A stretch of 64,000 bases of DNA from Candidatus Endomicrobiellum glyptotermitis (GTDB lineage: Bacteria > Elusimicrobiota > Endomicrobiia > Endomicrobiales > Endomicrobiaceae). Positions within the stretch are counted from its first letter, which is position 1. Each line of letters begins with the position of its first letter. The position numbers and the translations under genes are program-made. Positions 10,044 to 20,670 of this stretch are shown here, piece by piece. The DNA lies in NCBI GenBank assembly GCA_031267715.1, contig JAIRYQ010000001.1, positions 30,127-94,126 of the forward strand, read 5' to 3'. The notes below the pieces were generated by a model, which saw only the letters and a program-made list of their open reading frames with translations, made no database searches and was not told the DNA's origin.

Positions 10044-11669
10044 TTATGTTCCTAAATATTTTTTTAAAGTTTTACGAACAGCCTCTTTTCCAATAAGCAT
10101 TTCTTTAAAATATTTTTCTATTTTTTTGCCGAGACCTGCTGTATAGAGATTTATACCGAATATTTTTTCATTTGACAGAATTGCTGTTAATTTACCCTCT
10201 GATGATTCCGGGTGTCCCAGTCTTACGTCTGCTAATGAGGTCCGTAAATGTGACATAAGCGGGTCAGGACTTAGAATTAAAGGATTATCACTATCGTCGC
10301 GGGCTATAAGGTATCTACACCAGCCGGCTATTGTTAGGGGTATAAATACAAGTGAGTTTATATCAAGGTCTGGGCGTTTCAAATAAAGTTTAATTGTTTC
10401 CCCAAAACGTATACTAAGTTTTTGAGATGTATCTGTTGCAATACGCTGCGGGGTATCAGGTATATTAGGATTTGGAAAACGTACATTAATAACTTCGTTT
10501 ATGAAGTCAAAAGGTTTGATAATGCCGGGATCAACCACAACTGGCATACCTTCATCATAACCTATTTTTGAAATTAATTTTACAAGGTCTTCATCTTTCA
10601 TTTCGTCTGAAATGGAGGTAAACCCTAATATGCAACCAAATATTGCGAGTGCGGAATGTAAAGGATTTAAACAAGTGCACACCTTCATCTTCTCTACTTT
10701 ATCTACTGTGCTTCTATCACAGAAATAAACCCCCACTTTTTCAAGCGTTGGGCGTCCGTTAGGAAAAGCGTCTTCAATGACAAGATATTGCGCCTCTTCT
10801 GTATTAACAAAGAGAGCAATAACGGAATTTTTAGACGTTTTTGTAATTTGAGTGCCAACGAAACCCATTTTATCAAGTCGCTGCTTTACTTTTTGCGAAG
10901 GGTATGGCGTGATTTTATCAATCATACTCCACGGGAAAGAAACTTTTTTGTTGTCTGAAAGATAGTCAACAAACTCTTGATCTACATGTTTACGCAATTT
11001 CCACTCATTTGCAACGGTAGCTACTGCGTTTTTTAGTTTGTCTCCATTATGAGAAAAATTGTCGGTGCTTACGAGTGCTATTGGGGGTTTATTGTTTTTA
11101 TAGCGTTCATACATCAATGCGGTTAATTTGGTCATAGCACCTACGGGCCTGGTGATTCCTTCGTCAAATTCCTTTAGTACATCTGGCTTAAATGAACCAC
11201 TTATTGTTTTCAGATCATAACCCTTTTCCGTGATTGAAAGCGTGACTATTTGTAAAGAAGGTGCGGTAAATATGAGTTTAAGCCTCTCCCATGCGGTTTT
11301 ATCCGTGCTGTCAGCCGCTATACTCTCAGTAATACTTGAAATTACGTTCGATTTTATGCTTCCGTCTGCGCACATAGTAACTTGTAAACTAAGATTATCG
11401 TAAGGCTTATATGCTTTTTCAATGATTTCATAATCAAAAGGTTCAACTACGATTACTCCCTTATCGGATAACTTTTGTTCAATGAGCCTTTGGACAATGG
11501 CGCAGTGGAAGCCTTTAAATAGATTACCTGCTCCGAAATGAATCCATGTCGGAGCGTCAAAAGTCCTTTTGTAAAGTTCCGAGTCGTCAATATCTGCAAC
11601 ATGGATATTGTTTTTTTCAAAGTTTATTTTATTCTCTTTGACATATTTTTTGCTTTTTAGTTCTAACAT
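10044..11669 (-). CDS. uxuB: D-mannonate oxidoreductase / fructuronate reductase (mannitol dehydrogenase family)
   Basis: WIHFGAGNLF, SITEKGY, DNFSHNG, MIDKITP and NIPDTPQRIATDTSQKL. Lies in the uronate operon. Confidence 0.85.
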   Translation of the reverse strand: MLELKSKKYVKENKINFEKNNIHVADIDDSELYKRTFDAPTWIHFGAGNLFKGFHCAIVQRLIEQKLSDKGVIVVEPFDYEIIEKAYKPYDNLSLQVTMCADGSIKSNVISSITESIAADSTDKTAWERLKLIFTAPSLQIVTLSITEKGYDLKTISGSFKPDVLKEFDEGITRPVGAMTKLTALMYERYKNNKPPIALVSTDNFSHNGDKLKNAVATVANEWKLRKHVDQEFVDYLSDNKKVSFPWSMIDKITPYPSQKVKQRLDKMGFVGTQITKTSKNSVIALFVNTEEAQYLVIEDAFPNGRPTLEKVGVYFCDRSTVDKVEKMKVCTCLNPLHSALAIFGCILGFTSISDEMKDEDLVKLISKIGYDEGMPVVVDPGIIKPFDFINEVINVRFPNPNIPDTPQRIATDTSQKLSIRFGETIKLYLKRPDLDINSLVFIPLTIAGWCRYLIARDDSDNPLILSPDPLMSHLRTSLADVRLGHPESSEGKLTAILSNEKIFGINLYTAGLGKKIEKYFKEMLIGKEAVRKTLKKYLGT

Positions 11670-11684
11670 AAAGAACACCCTTGA

Positions 11685-12767
11685 TTATTTTTTATTTTGT
11701 CTATCTAACATATCCCAAATGCCAAGAATATACATAATACCCAAAGCTCTGTCGTAAAGGCCATAACCTGGACGCAATCCTGGACGGGATTCTTCATTCC
11801 AAATATGTCTTCCGTGATCCGGACGAATATAGTACTTAAATCCTAATTTGTGGAATGTACGTACGATTTCTACAATATCTAAAGAACCGTCACAGGAACG
11901 ATGCGAACTTTCTATAAAATCGCCGTTTTCAAATCGCCTTACGTTTCTGATGTGAGCGAAAAATATTTTGTCTTGATAAGTTTTTATCAGATCTATAATG
12001 TCGTTTTTATCTGATGAACCTAACGAGCCTGTGCATAAAGCAAGGCCGTTTGATGGACTATTGACGAGATTCAAGTATCTTTGAATATTTTTTTTAGAAA
12101 TTATAAGCCTTGGAAGACTGAAAATACTCCATGGCGGATCATCCGGGTGAATAACCATTTTTATGTCATTTTCTTCTGCAACTGGGATAATTTCTTTTAA
12201 GAAATATTTTGCATTTTCAAAAAGATTTTCTATAGTAAACCCTTCGTAAGCTTTAAGCAACTCTCTTATTTTTGAAAGTCGTTCCGGTTCCCAGCCTGGC
12301 ATTGATAATAGTCCTTTTTGCTTTGATAAATTGTCTAAAAATTCATAAGGATTGAGACTGTCAATTTTTGCCTTTTCATAAAAAAGAGCTGTTGAGCCGT
12401 CAGGAAGAGCCTTGTACAAGTCTGTTCTTGTCCAGTCAAAAACAGGCATAAAATTATAACATACGACTTTCACACCAGCTTTACCCAAATTACGTAGAGT
12501 ATTTTTGTAGTTTTCAATATATTTACTTCGTGATTGGAGTCCGAGTTTTATATCTTCATGTACATTTACGCTCTCAACTACTTCATTGTTAAAACCCGCT
12601 TTAGAAAGGCAAAGTCTAACTTGATTGATTTTATCCATTTCCCAGCAATCACCTGCCGGCACATCATGGAGTGCCCACACTATTCCCTTAACTCCAGGTA
12701 TTTGTTTAATGAAGTTTAAGGGAATAGTGTCAAGTTTTTCTCCATACCATCTAAACGTAATTTGCAT
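11685..12767 (-). CDS. uxuA: Mannonate dehydratase
   Basis: MQITFRWYG, VESVNVHEDIK, CYNFMPVFDWTRT, HPDDPP, RPDHG and GYGLYDRALG. AGGAGG RBS precedes ATG 12767. Confidence 0.95.
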   Translation of the reverse strand: MQITFRWYGEKLDTIPLNFIKQIPGVKGIVWALHDVPAGDCWEMDKINQVRLCLSKAGFNNEVVESVNVHEDIKLGLQSRSKYIENYKNTLRNLGKAGVKVVCYNFMPVFDWTRTDLYKALPDGSTALFYEKAKIDSLNPYEFLDNLSKQKGLLSMPGWEPERLSKIRELLKAYEGFTIENLFENAKYFLKEIIPVAEENDIKMVIHPDDPPWSIFSLPRLIISKKNIQRYLNLVNSPSNGLALCTGSLGSSDKNDIIDLIKTYQDKIFFAHIRNVRRFENGDFIESSHRSCDGSLDIVEIVRTFHKLGFKYYIRPDHGRHIWNEESRPGLRPGYGLYDRALGIMYILGIWDMLDRQNKK

Positions 12768-12855
12768 ATGGAAGGTTCCTCCTAAGTATAAAAGTCGATA
12801 ACAACAAACTGAAAATAGATAACTGTGCTTTGAGCCAGAGGTGAGATAAACTGAG

Positions 12856-13881
12856 TTATCTTTGAACTCGCCCGGAAGCATCTCCGCTTACTAGGTTTAA
12901 TACTTCATCCACCGACACTTGATTATAATCCCCTTCTATGCTGTGTTTTAAACAACTTGCAGCTACGGCAAATTCCAATGCGTCTTTGGATGAGAAGTTG
13001 TTGATGAGAGAATAAATCAGTCCAGCTCCAAAAGAATCTCCTCCGCCTACTCTATCAACTATATGTATTAAATATTCTTTACTAAAATGGAATTCTTCCC
13101 CATCGTAAAGCATAGCAGCCCAACGATTATCATTTGCCGAGATTGAGCTTCGTAAAGTTATGGCAACTTTTGAAAAATTAAATCTATCTGTTACTATTTT
13201 AGCGGCTTCCTTGTAGTCTTCGCGATTAACTTCGCCTGATGTTATATCGCTGTGCCTTGCTTTGATTCCAAATACGTCGTCTATGTCTTCTTCATTTGCT
13301 ATGCAAATATCGACAAATTCGCAGATTTCTCCCATAATTCTTCCAGCTTTTTCTTTGGACCAAAGTTTTTTTCTAAAATTTAAATCGCAACTTACAGTGA
13401 TTCCCCTTGCTTTTGCAATCTTACAGGCTTGGAGGCAAATTTTTTCTGTTTTATTGCTTAATGCTGGGGTTATTCCAGTGAAGTGAAACCACTGAGTTTT
13501 TTCAAAAATTTTATTCCAATCAAAGTCTGTTTCTTCCGCTTTAGCTATGGCAGAATCTTTTCTATCGTATATTACTTTTGATGGTCTTTGACTCGCACCT
13601 TTTTCAAGAAAATATATTCCTACCCTCTCACCGCCCCTCGCAATAAATGAAGTGTCAACACCGCGTTCTCTTAAAGAATTTACTCCAGCCTGTCCTATTT
13701 CATGTTCTGGTATTTTACTGATAAAACGTACGTCTAATCCAAAGTTCGCCAGCGATACTGCAACGTTTGCTTCGCCTCCACCGTATGTCACCCCATAATT
13801 CTTTGCTTGCAAGAAGCGACAATATCCGTCAGGGGCGAGTCTCAGCATAAGTTCTCCGAAAGTTGCGATTCTCTTTGACAT
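12856..13881 (-). CDS. kdgK: 2-dehydro-3-deoxygluconokinase (PfkB family)
   Basis: FGELMLRL, GGGEANVA, DLNFRKKLW and DRVGGGDSFGAG. AGGAGG RBS. Confidence 0.93.
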   Translation of the reverse strand: MSKRIATFGELMLRLAPDGYCRFLQAKNYGVTYGGGEANVAVSLANFGLDVRFISKIPEHEIGQAGVNSLRERGVDTSFIARGGERVGIYFLEKGASQRPSKVIYDRKDSAIAKAEETDFDWNKIFEKTQWFHFTGITPALSNKTEKICLQACKIAKARGITVSCDLNFRKKLWSKEKAGRIMGEICEFVDICIANEEDIDDVFGIKARHSDITSGEVNREDYKEAAKIVTDRFNFSKVAITLRSSISANDNRWAAMLYDGEEFHFSKEYLIHIVDRVGGGDSFGAGLIYSLINNFSSKDALEFAVAASCLKHSIEGDYNQVSVDEVLNLVSGDASGRVQR

Positions 13882-13929
13882 AGTTGACACCCTCCTTTAC
13901 TTCATTATTTGAGTAAAATTCTGAAAAAT

Positions 13930-15339
13930 TTATAAGTCTGTTATAGGTTTAAATTTAGGAACAAGCAACTTCATTATGCACCATGCCAGAAGATAAGCAA
14001 GAGAGCAAAAAGTAAACATTACAGTGTACCCTGTTTCAGTGTGTCCGAATGACTTGTAATAATCAAATAACCATCCAGCGGTTTTTGAAGTGACAAGACC
14101 ACCAAAGCCACCTGCCATACCGCCGATTCCAGTAACGGAAGCCACGACTTTTTTAGGAAACATATCGGATACTGTAGTGAATATATTTGCTGACCATGCC
14201 TGATGCGCAGATGCACCAATCCCTATTAGGACAATAGAATACCAATAGCTTATTGAACCTAAAGGCTGTGCTAGAAGGACTACGAGGGGAAAAAGTGCTA
14301 TGACAATCATAGCCGTCATACGCGCGGAATAAATATCCATACCTTTGTTAACAAAAAAAGTAGGAAACCATCCTCCACTTATACTGCCCACCATAGTCAT
14401 ACTATATAACACCGCGAGAGGCACCATTACCCCTATACCCGTTATATTGTATTTGATTTTAAGGTAAGCTGGCAACCAGAATAAAAAAAACCACCAGACT
14501 CCATCAGTTAAAAACTTACCTATGGCGAAAGACCACGTTTGTTTATATCCAAGTAGGCGAAACCATTTGATACTATTTTTATTATTACTTTCTTCATTAT
14601 TTTTCTTTTCTGGAGCTTGCTCTTCTTCGTCGCTTAATATATACTTGTATTCAGTTTCTCCTACTCTTCCCTTTTCTAAGAAATTTTTAGGACTGTCATA
14701 GTAACGTTTCCAAAATACCAGCCATAAAAATCCTGCGGCACCCACTATAACAAATGCGCTTTCCCAACCAAAATATCTTGCTAGCCACGGTACGCTAAGT
14801 GGAGCAGCAATCGCTCCTATGTTTGATCCAGAATTGAAGATACCGGTTGCAAAAGAACGTTCTTTTTTAGGAAACCATTCTGCTGTAGTTTTGATAGCTG
14901 CTGGAAAATTTCCTGCTTCACCCACGCCTAACAAAAAACGTGCGAACGTGAAGCCTATCACAGATACGGGTATAAAAACACCGAGTTTAGATAGTAAAGG
15001 TGAAGCCGCACTTCCTATTTGAATGGCAAAAGCGTGTATCATAGCGCCTAATGACCACAACACCAACGACCATGCATATCCTTTTTTTGTGCCCAACCAA
15101 TCTATAAATCTTCCTGCAAAAAGCAGTGCTATTGCATAAGAAATCTGAAATACAGAAGTGATATTAGCATAGTCGCTGTTAGTCCAATTGAATTGTTCAG
15201 ACAAGGATGGTTGTAACAAGCTTAATACTTGCCTGTCTAAATAGTTTATAGTAGTGGCAAAGAAAAGCAACGCGCATATAGTCCACCTGTAATTCCCTAT
15301 TTTTTTGGTGGTTTTTGAAGCAGCTTCATTTTGTAGCAT
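13930..15339 (-). CDS. exuT: MFS hexuronate transporter
   Basis: RWTICALLFFATTINYLDRQVL, GEAGNFPAAIK and WWFFLFWLP, in uronate operon context. Confidence 0.88.
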   Translation of the reverse strand: MLQNEAASKTTKKIGNYRWTICALLFFATTINYLDRQVLSLLQPSLSEQFNWTNSDYANITSVFQISYAIALLFAGRFIDWLGTKKGYAWSLVLWSLGAMIHAFAIQIGSAASPLLSKLGVFIPVSVIGFTFARFLLGVGEAGNFPAAIKTTAEWFPKKERSFATGIFNSGSNIGAIAAPLSVPWLARYFGWESAFVIVGAAGFLWLVFWKRYYDSPKNFLEKGRVGETEYKYILSDEEEQAPEKKNNEESNNKNSIKWFRLLGYKQTWSFAIGKFLTDGVWWFFLFWLPAYLKIKYNITGIGVMVPLAVLYSMTMVGSISGGWFPTFFVNKGMDIYSARMTAMIVIALFPLVVLLAQPLGSISYWYSIVLIGIGASAHQAWSANIFTTVSDMFPKKVVASVTGIGGMAGGFGGLVTSKTAGWLFDYYKSFGHTETGYTVMFTFCSLAYLLAWCIMKLLVPKFKPITDL

Positions 15340-15372
15340 ATAACAATCCCCTTGTTTCGAAAAATTCTTGTG

Positions 15373-16779
15373 TTAAATATCAAATTTAAAATAACGAACA
15401 GCGTTGTCGTAAGATATATCTTCAATTATTCTAGATAGCATTTTAATGTCGTATGGGTATTCACCGTTTTCAACCCATTCGCCTATTAAGTTGCATAGGA
15501 TACGTCTGAAATATTCGTGCCTTGCATAAGATAGAAAACTACGTGAGTCGGTAAGCATGCCGACAAAATTGCTTAAAATTCCTAAGTTTGCAAGGGAAGT
15601 GAGTTGATCTATCATGCCAACTTTATGATCATTAAACCACCAAGCGGATCCCTGTTGTATTTTGCTTAACGCTGAAGCGTTTTGAAAGCATCCTAATATT
15701 GTTCCTATGGCAGCGTTATCGTTGGGATTTAAACTAAATATTATTGTTTTGGGAAGTTGTTCAGTGGAATTAAGAGCATTAAGAAAATCTACAATCTGGG
15801 CGCTGGGGGCAAAATTATTTATACAGTCATATCCTATGTCTGGGCCAAGTTTATCGAATGCTAGCGTATTGTTGTTGCGTTTGCAACCGTAATGCAATTC
15901 CATGACAAGATCATTCTTGTGGTATTCTTGTCCGGCAAATATCATAAAAGCGGTTTTATACTTTAGCTCTTCTTCTTTGGTAAGAGCATTTCCCTTTAAT
16001 TTTTTCTCAAATATTGTTTCTACTTCTTTTTCGGAAGCTGGAACATACGTAATATATTCTATGGCGTGATCTGTTGCACGACAACCCAAAGATATAAAAA
16101 ACTCAAGCCTTTTCTTGAAAGCTCCTTTAAAGTCCGTAAAGGAAACTATATTGATATCGCTTGCTTTTGAAAGTCGGTTTATATAGTCTGTGAAAATGGG
16201 TTGCTCTATGTTTAGTGCTTTATCAGGACGCCAAGCTGGAATAACCTGTACATCAAAAGATTTGTCTTCTTTAATTTTTTTATGCCATTCAAGAGTGTCT
16301 ATGGGATCGTCTGTAGTGCATATCACTTTAACTCCTGATTGTTTTATTATTCCGCGGGCAGACATAGACCTTTCCTTTAACTTTCTGTTGCATAGATCCC
16401 ATACTTCTTGTGCGGTTTCGCTGTTTAAGATGCCCTTGTAATCAAAGTATCTTCTAAGTTCAAGATGACTCCAATGATAAAGGGGGTTTCCAATTGCTCT
16501 TTCAAGAGTTTCTACCCATTTTTGGAACTTTTCTCTAGGTGGTGCGTTGCCTGTAATATATTTTTCTTCTATACCATTAGAGCGCATCTGGCGCCACTTG
16601 TAGTGGTCGCCCTCTAACCACATTTGATTTATATTTTCAAATTGTCTATCTTGAGCCACTTCCTTAGAGTTGAGGTGGCAATGGTAATCTGCTATGGGTT
16701 TTTTGGATGCATACTTGTGAAAGAGTTCCTTTGCCGTTTTTGTGGAAAGTAAAAAATCTTTGTCAAGAAAATTCTTCAT
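15373..16779 (-). CDS. uxaC: Glucuronate isomerase
   Basis: DYHCHL, WLEGDHYKWR, GSAWWFNDH and GMLTDSRSFLSYARHEYFRRILC. Confidence 0.96.
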   Translation of the reverse strand: MKNFLDKDFLLSTKTAKELFHKYASKKPIADYHCHLNSKEVAQDRQFENINQMWLEGDHYKWRQMRSNGIEEKYITGNAPPREKFQKWVETLERAIGNPLYHWSHLELRRYFDYKGILNSETAQEVWDLCNRKLKERSMSARGIIKQSGVKVICTTDDPIDTLEWHKKIKEDKSFDVQVIPAWRPDKALNIEQPIFTDYINRLSKASDINIVSFTDFKGAFKKRLEFFISLGCRATDHAIEYITYVPASEKEVETIFEKKLKGNALTKEEELKYKTAFMIFAGQEYHKNDLVMELHYGCKRNNNTLAFDKLGPDIGYDCINNFAPSAQIVDFLNALNSTEQLPKTIIFSLNPNDNAAIGTILGCFQNASALSKIQQGSAWWFNDHKVGMIDQLTSLANLGILSNFVGMLTDSRSFLSYARHEYFRRILCNLIGEWVENGEYPYDIKMLSRIIEDISYDNAVRYFKFDI

Positions 16780-16805
16780 AACTCCCCTCCGTTAATCAAA
16801 TTATT

Positions 16806-17774
16806 TCAATTACTCTTTTGCAACAGATGGACTGCGAAACCATTTATCTCCTTTTCTAAATATATAAATTTCAAATTGTTGCTTGTGTCGTACTTGGCAG
16901 TTTTATAGTTAAAGGTGACCCCTCTTTTTGCTAAATGATATAAAGCTCTTTCAACGCTGTTAGTGGCTATTGCGAGATGTCCGTTTGTACCATGACAAGG
17001 TGGCTTCATAATTTCTAGACGCTCACTTGCAAAGATAGAAGAAGAAGCTTCTCTTTTTGAAAAACCGAAAATATTTACAAACGAATCGGCTATTTCACTT
17101 ATTTGTGACTTGTCTTTTGAGTTGATACATGTATGAGCCAGTTCAAAACCTAAAATTACTGAGATAACCTCTTTTGAGAGTTTTGTTATGCTTACAAAAT
17201 CGTCTTTATTAATTAGTTCTTTGCTTGCTATCCAACTTCCTCCACAAGCGATTACTTTTTTAAAACTCAAATATGAATTTATGTTTTTTAGGCTAATGCC
17301 ACCCGTTGGCATAAAATTCATATTTGAGTAGGGAGCGGATAATGATTTTATCGTATTTACTCCACCTATGTTTTCAGCTGGAAAAAACTTTACAGTGTCA
17401 AGACCTAACTCTAATGCTGCTTCTATGTCGCTTGCGCTTGAACACCCTGGAATTACAGTTATATTCTTCTCAATGCAATATTTTACTATTTTAGTATTTA
17501 GTCCTGGACTTACTATAAATTTTGCTCCCGCATAAATCGCTTCATCAACATGTTGCATTGTTAAGACTGTTCCCGCTCCAATTAAAATTTGAGGAAATTT
17601 TTGAGAAATAGCTTCAATGGATTCTTTCGCTGCTTTTGTTCTAAACGTTATTTCGGCGCAATTAATGCCGCCTGCTCTGAGCGCTTTTGCAAGCGGTATG
17701 GCATGGTCTACGTTATCTAAAGTGATGACAGGAACAATGCCAATCTTAGCAATTTCTCTTAGTAATTCATTCAC
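16806..17774 (-). CDS. eda: KDPG/KHG aldolase with a C-terminal extra domain of about 110 aa
   Basis: AEITFRT, GAGTV, FIVSPG, VKFFPA and FMPTGG, followed by an extension after residue about 210. Confidence 0.92.
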   Translation of the reverse strand: MNELLREIAKIGIVPVITLDNVDHAIPLAKALRAGGINCAEITFRTKAAKESIEAISQKFPQILIGAGTVLTMQHVDEAIYAGAKFIVSPGLNTKIVKYCIEKNITVIPGCSSASDIEAALELGLDTVKFFPAENIGGVNTIKSLSAPYSNMNFMPTGGISLKNINSYLSFKKVIACGGSWIASKELINKDDFVSITKLSKEVISVILGFELAHTCINSKDKSQISEIADSFVNIFGFSKREASSSIFASERLEIMKPPCHGTNGHLAIATNSVERALYHLAKRGVTFNYKTAKYDTSNNLKFIYLEKEINGFAVHLLQKSN

Positions 17775-17916
17775 TATTTTCTCCTCTTGTTTTTATATAT
17801 TAGGTACGTCTTTAATCTTTAAAATGCTGAACTAAGGAGTTAGCATATAGGTCGTCCCATCAAGAACAACACACAGCAACCGTAAAATTAAAAACCTTTT
17901 TCTACATTTAGATTTT

Positions 17917-20040
17917 TTAAGGCTTAATAAGAGTAGTTTTATCGCTGTGTTTCCGAGGGGCGCTCCCACATATAAATGCGTCTAAGAATGCATCAGAGGT
18001 TTCGCCTGATGCTAGGAGACCCGTTTTTTGATCAACTAATGCCCATTCAATGTTTTCTGGTTGCGAAAAATCCACCACAGGTTCTCCTTCAAGAGCCTTT
18101 TTCATAAATTGCGTCCATATTGGGCATGCAACTACTCCCCCAGTAACTTTTTCGCCGAGAGATATTGAGTTATCGTCGTAACCTACCCATACTCCACTGA
18201 CTAGTTGCGGCGTGTACCCTATAAACCATGCGTCGCTTGAATTGTTTGTCGTTCCAGTTTTTCCGGCACAAGGTCTTCCTAAATTTTTTGCACTTCGCCC
18301 GTTTCCTTTTTCAACAACAGACTTCAGCATATTGGTTATAATAAAACAGTTTTGGACGGAGAGGACTTCTTTTTGCTGAGGAATACTTTGCTCTAAAATT
18401 TTTCCGTTTCTGTCAGTTACTTTTGTAATAATATAGGGGGTCGTTTTAATGCCGCCTGAAGCTAAAGTTGCAAATGCCGAAACCATTTCCTGTAAAGTGA
18501 CTTCGCTTGATCCTAAAGCAAGGGAAAAAGAATTTACAAGTGGTGTTGTTATACCTAAATTTCTTGCGGTTTGTATAACTTTTTTCGGGGTTATTTTCAT
18601 GATTGTTTCAATGGCACAAGTGTTGATAGATAAAGCGAGAGCTGTTCTCAAAGTTACAGGTCCTCTATATTTTTTACCATAATTTGTAGGTACCCAAATT
18701 TTATTTGTGTTGATTAAATCCTTTCCAGATACGGTTTCTGCTATTTCTTCAAGTGTCACTAAATCTCTTGATATCAAATCCCATGAGTTCCCCCTATTAA
18801 TAAAAACCATCGGCTTATCGTCAAGAATAGTTGCAGGTGTAAATCCTGCCTCAATTGCTGCTGTATATACCAGGGGCTTAAAAGATGATCCTGGTTGCCG
18901 TTTTGCTTGAGTCGCTCTATTAAATTGTGATTCTTTGAAGTTGCGGCCACACACTATTGCTCTTATTGCCCCATTTTTAGGATCTATAGCTACCAGGGCT
19001 CCTTGTACTTTTTGAAATTTTTGCTTAGTTTTCTTAAAGCTGTTTAATTTGTTTTTATCAAATTTTGCAAGCACCTCTTCAATTGCTTTTTCAGCTGCCA
19101 TCTGGGCTTTTATGTCAAGTGTTGTATAAATTGAAAGCCCTTCTTTGAATAAAGCATCTGTGCCGTACTTCGGTTCAAGCATTACTCTTAATAGCTCTAA
19201 AAAATATTGAAGTGAATCTTCCTTTGAAGCATTCTCTTTTGAAGGTAACGCGGCTGCGCATGCTTTTTGTTTCTGCTCTTTTGTAATATAATTTAGTTTT
19301 CTCATTTTTAATAAGACGAGATTTCTTCTTGCAAGAGCTGCCTTTTTATTTTTAAAAGGATTATAATGGTTTGGAGATTTTGGAATTGCAGCAAGCATTG
19401 CGCATTCTGCAAGATTTAAATCTTGTACGTTTTTATTAAAATACGTTCGCGCTGCAGCTTGAATCCCGTAAGCACCGTTGCCGAAATATATTTGATTCAT
19501 ATAAAACTGTAGTATTTCACATTTTGAATAATTTTTTTCAAGCTGTATTGTAAGTAATATTTCTTTAATTTTTCTAATTAATGTTTTATCGTTGGTTAAG
19601 AATATAGTTTTTGCAAGCTGTTGCGTTATCGTTGATCCTCCTTCTACGACTTTGCCTTTCAACAGCATCTTAAAAAAGGCGCGTGTAATTCCCTTGACTG
19701 ATATCCCCCAATGTTTAAAAAAGTCATTATCTTCAATAGCTATAAGAGCGTTTTGGAGGTTAATTGGTGCTTCTTTTATTGGCGTAAAAATACGTCTTTC
19801 AATGAAGAGCTCCGCTATTAAATTGTTGTCTTTATCGTGAATTTTGGTTGACAAATTAGGAACATAGCTGCCAAACTGCTGCATAGACGGCAAATCACCA
19901 CCTACTAAGTTTGCTGCGACTTTGATTGTTGTGATTATGAATACGAGCAGCAGAATAACGATTATAAAAACTAAAACATTGAAAGAAGATTTTTTTTTCA
20001 TTTTTTTCGTTTCATAACCACGAGGACTATAACTATACAC
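17917..20040 (-). CDS. Class A penicillin-binding protein 1A; start may be ATG 20001
   Basis: Transglycosylase motifs IEDNDF and GGSTITQQLAK. Transpeptidase motifs SSFK, SIN and KTGT. Confidence 0.93.
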   Translation of the reverse strand: MYSYSPRGYETKKMKKKSSFNVLVFIIVILLLVFIITTIKVAANLVGGDLPSMQQFGSYVPNLSTKIHDKDNNLIAELFIERRIFTPIKEAPINLQNALIAIEDNDFFKHWGISVKGITRAFFKMLLKGKVVEGGSTITQQLAKTIFLTNDKTLIRKIKEILLTIQLEKNYSKCEILQFYMNQIYFGNGAYGIQAAARTYFNKNVQDLNLAECAMLAAIPKSPNHYNPFKNKKAALARRNLVLLKMRKLNYITKEQKQKACAAALPSKENASKEDSLQYFLELLRVMLEPKYGTDALFKEGLSIYTTLDIKAQMAAEKAIEEVLAKFDKNKLNSFKKTKQKFQKVQGALVAIDPKNGAIRAIVCGRNFKESQFNRATQAKRQPGSSFKPLVYTAAIEAGFTPATILDDKPMVFINRGNSWDLISRDLVTLEEIAETVSGKDLINTNKIWVPTNYGKKYRGPVTLRTALALSINTCAIETIMKITPKKVIQTARNLGITTPLVNSFSLALGSSEVTLQEMVSAFATLASGGIKTTPYIITKVTDRNGKILEQSIPQQKEVLSVQNCFIITNMLKSVVEKGNGRSAKNLGRPCAGKTGTTNNSSDAWFIGYTPQLVSGVWVGYDDNSISLGEKVTGGVVACPIWTQFMKKALEGEPVVDFSQPENIEWALVDQKTGLLASGETSDAFLDAFICGSAPRKHSDKTTLIKP

Positions 20041-20044
20041 GAGG

Positions 20045-20073
20045 ATTATATTTTAAAATGAAGTTTATGTCAA
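20045..20073 (-). promoter_or_regulatory. Consensus sigma70 promoter for the PBP1A gene
   Basis: Minus strand reads TTGACA (20073-20068), a 17-nt spacer, then TATAAT (20050-20045). Confidence 0.75.
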
Positions 20074-20670
20074 AGATGATAGCTTTATGTTTGTCTATGT
20101 AAGGATAATAAACTGAGAATCTTGAGTAAGTGACAAAAATTTTTGAGCAAACTCTTTTGTTTCTTAGGTTCCAGATTTTAATTTTCGGAATTATTTCTCT
20201 TGGTAGAAAATAAAAAGATTGCTATAATCCACTTTATAAGGAGGGGGGGTAGGATGAAGAGTTTGTATGATGTGTCACACACAAGCTGTTTACTGGACTG
20301 GAGTGCGTACGGTCGTGTGTCGCAATAAGTTCTGCTAGCGCTCCAATAGCAATTTCAATGCTGATAAAAATCCAAGTTTACTTTTGTCGCTTTTTGTGAT
20401 AAACCAACGAGAATGGGGGAGGGGTGAATAAGGTTTTGTCGCTATAGCAGGCAAAAGGTTTTAGGTAGAGCAGGGTGTTACTTTTGATAGTCTTTGTTGC
20501 AAGGTTTTAGCAAGTCTATAGTATGATTTATAGCGTACAATTAATTAGTTGGAGCTTTAGAAAAAAAATCGGGTATTATTGTCATGAAAGATTTAGGAAT
20601 TACTGAATTAATTACTGAATTAAAGTATGTGGTACGGGAATTTTTGCCTATTATAATGTAAGCTGGTGGT

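Noticed and set aside
12768-12881. N-terminal extension of uxuA overlapping kdgK
   Set aside because: The RBS and family N-terminus place the start at 12767.
20180-20670. Riboswitch or sRNA in the PBP1A-DUF502 gap
   Set aside because: No recognisable consensus. An RBS plus ATG followed by stops suggests pseudogene debris.
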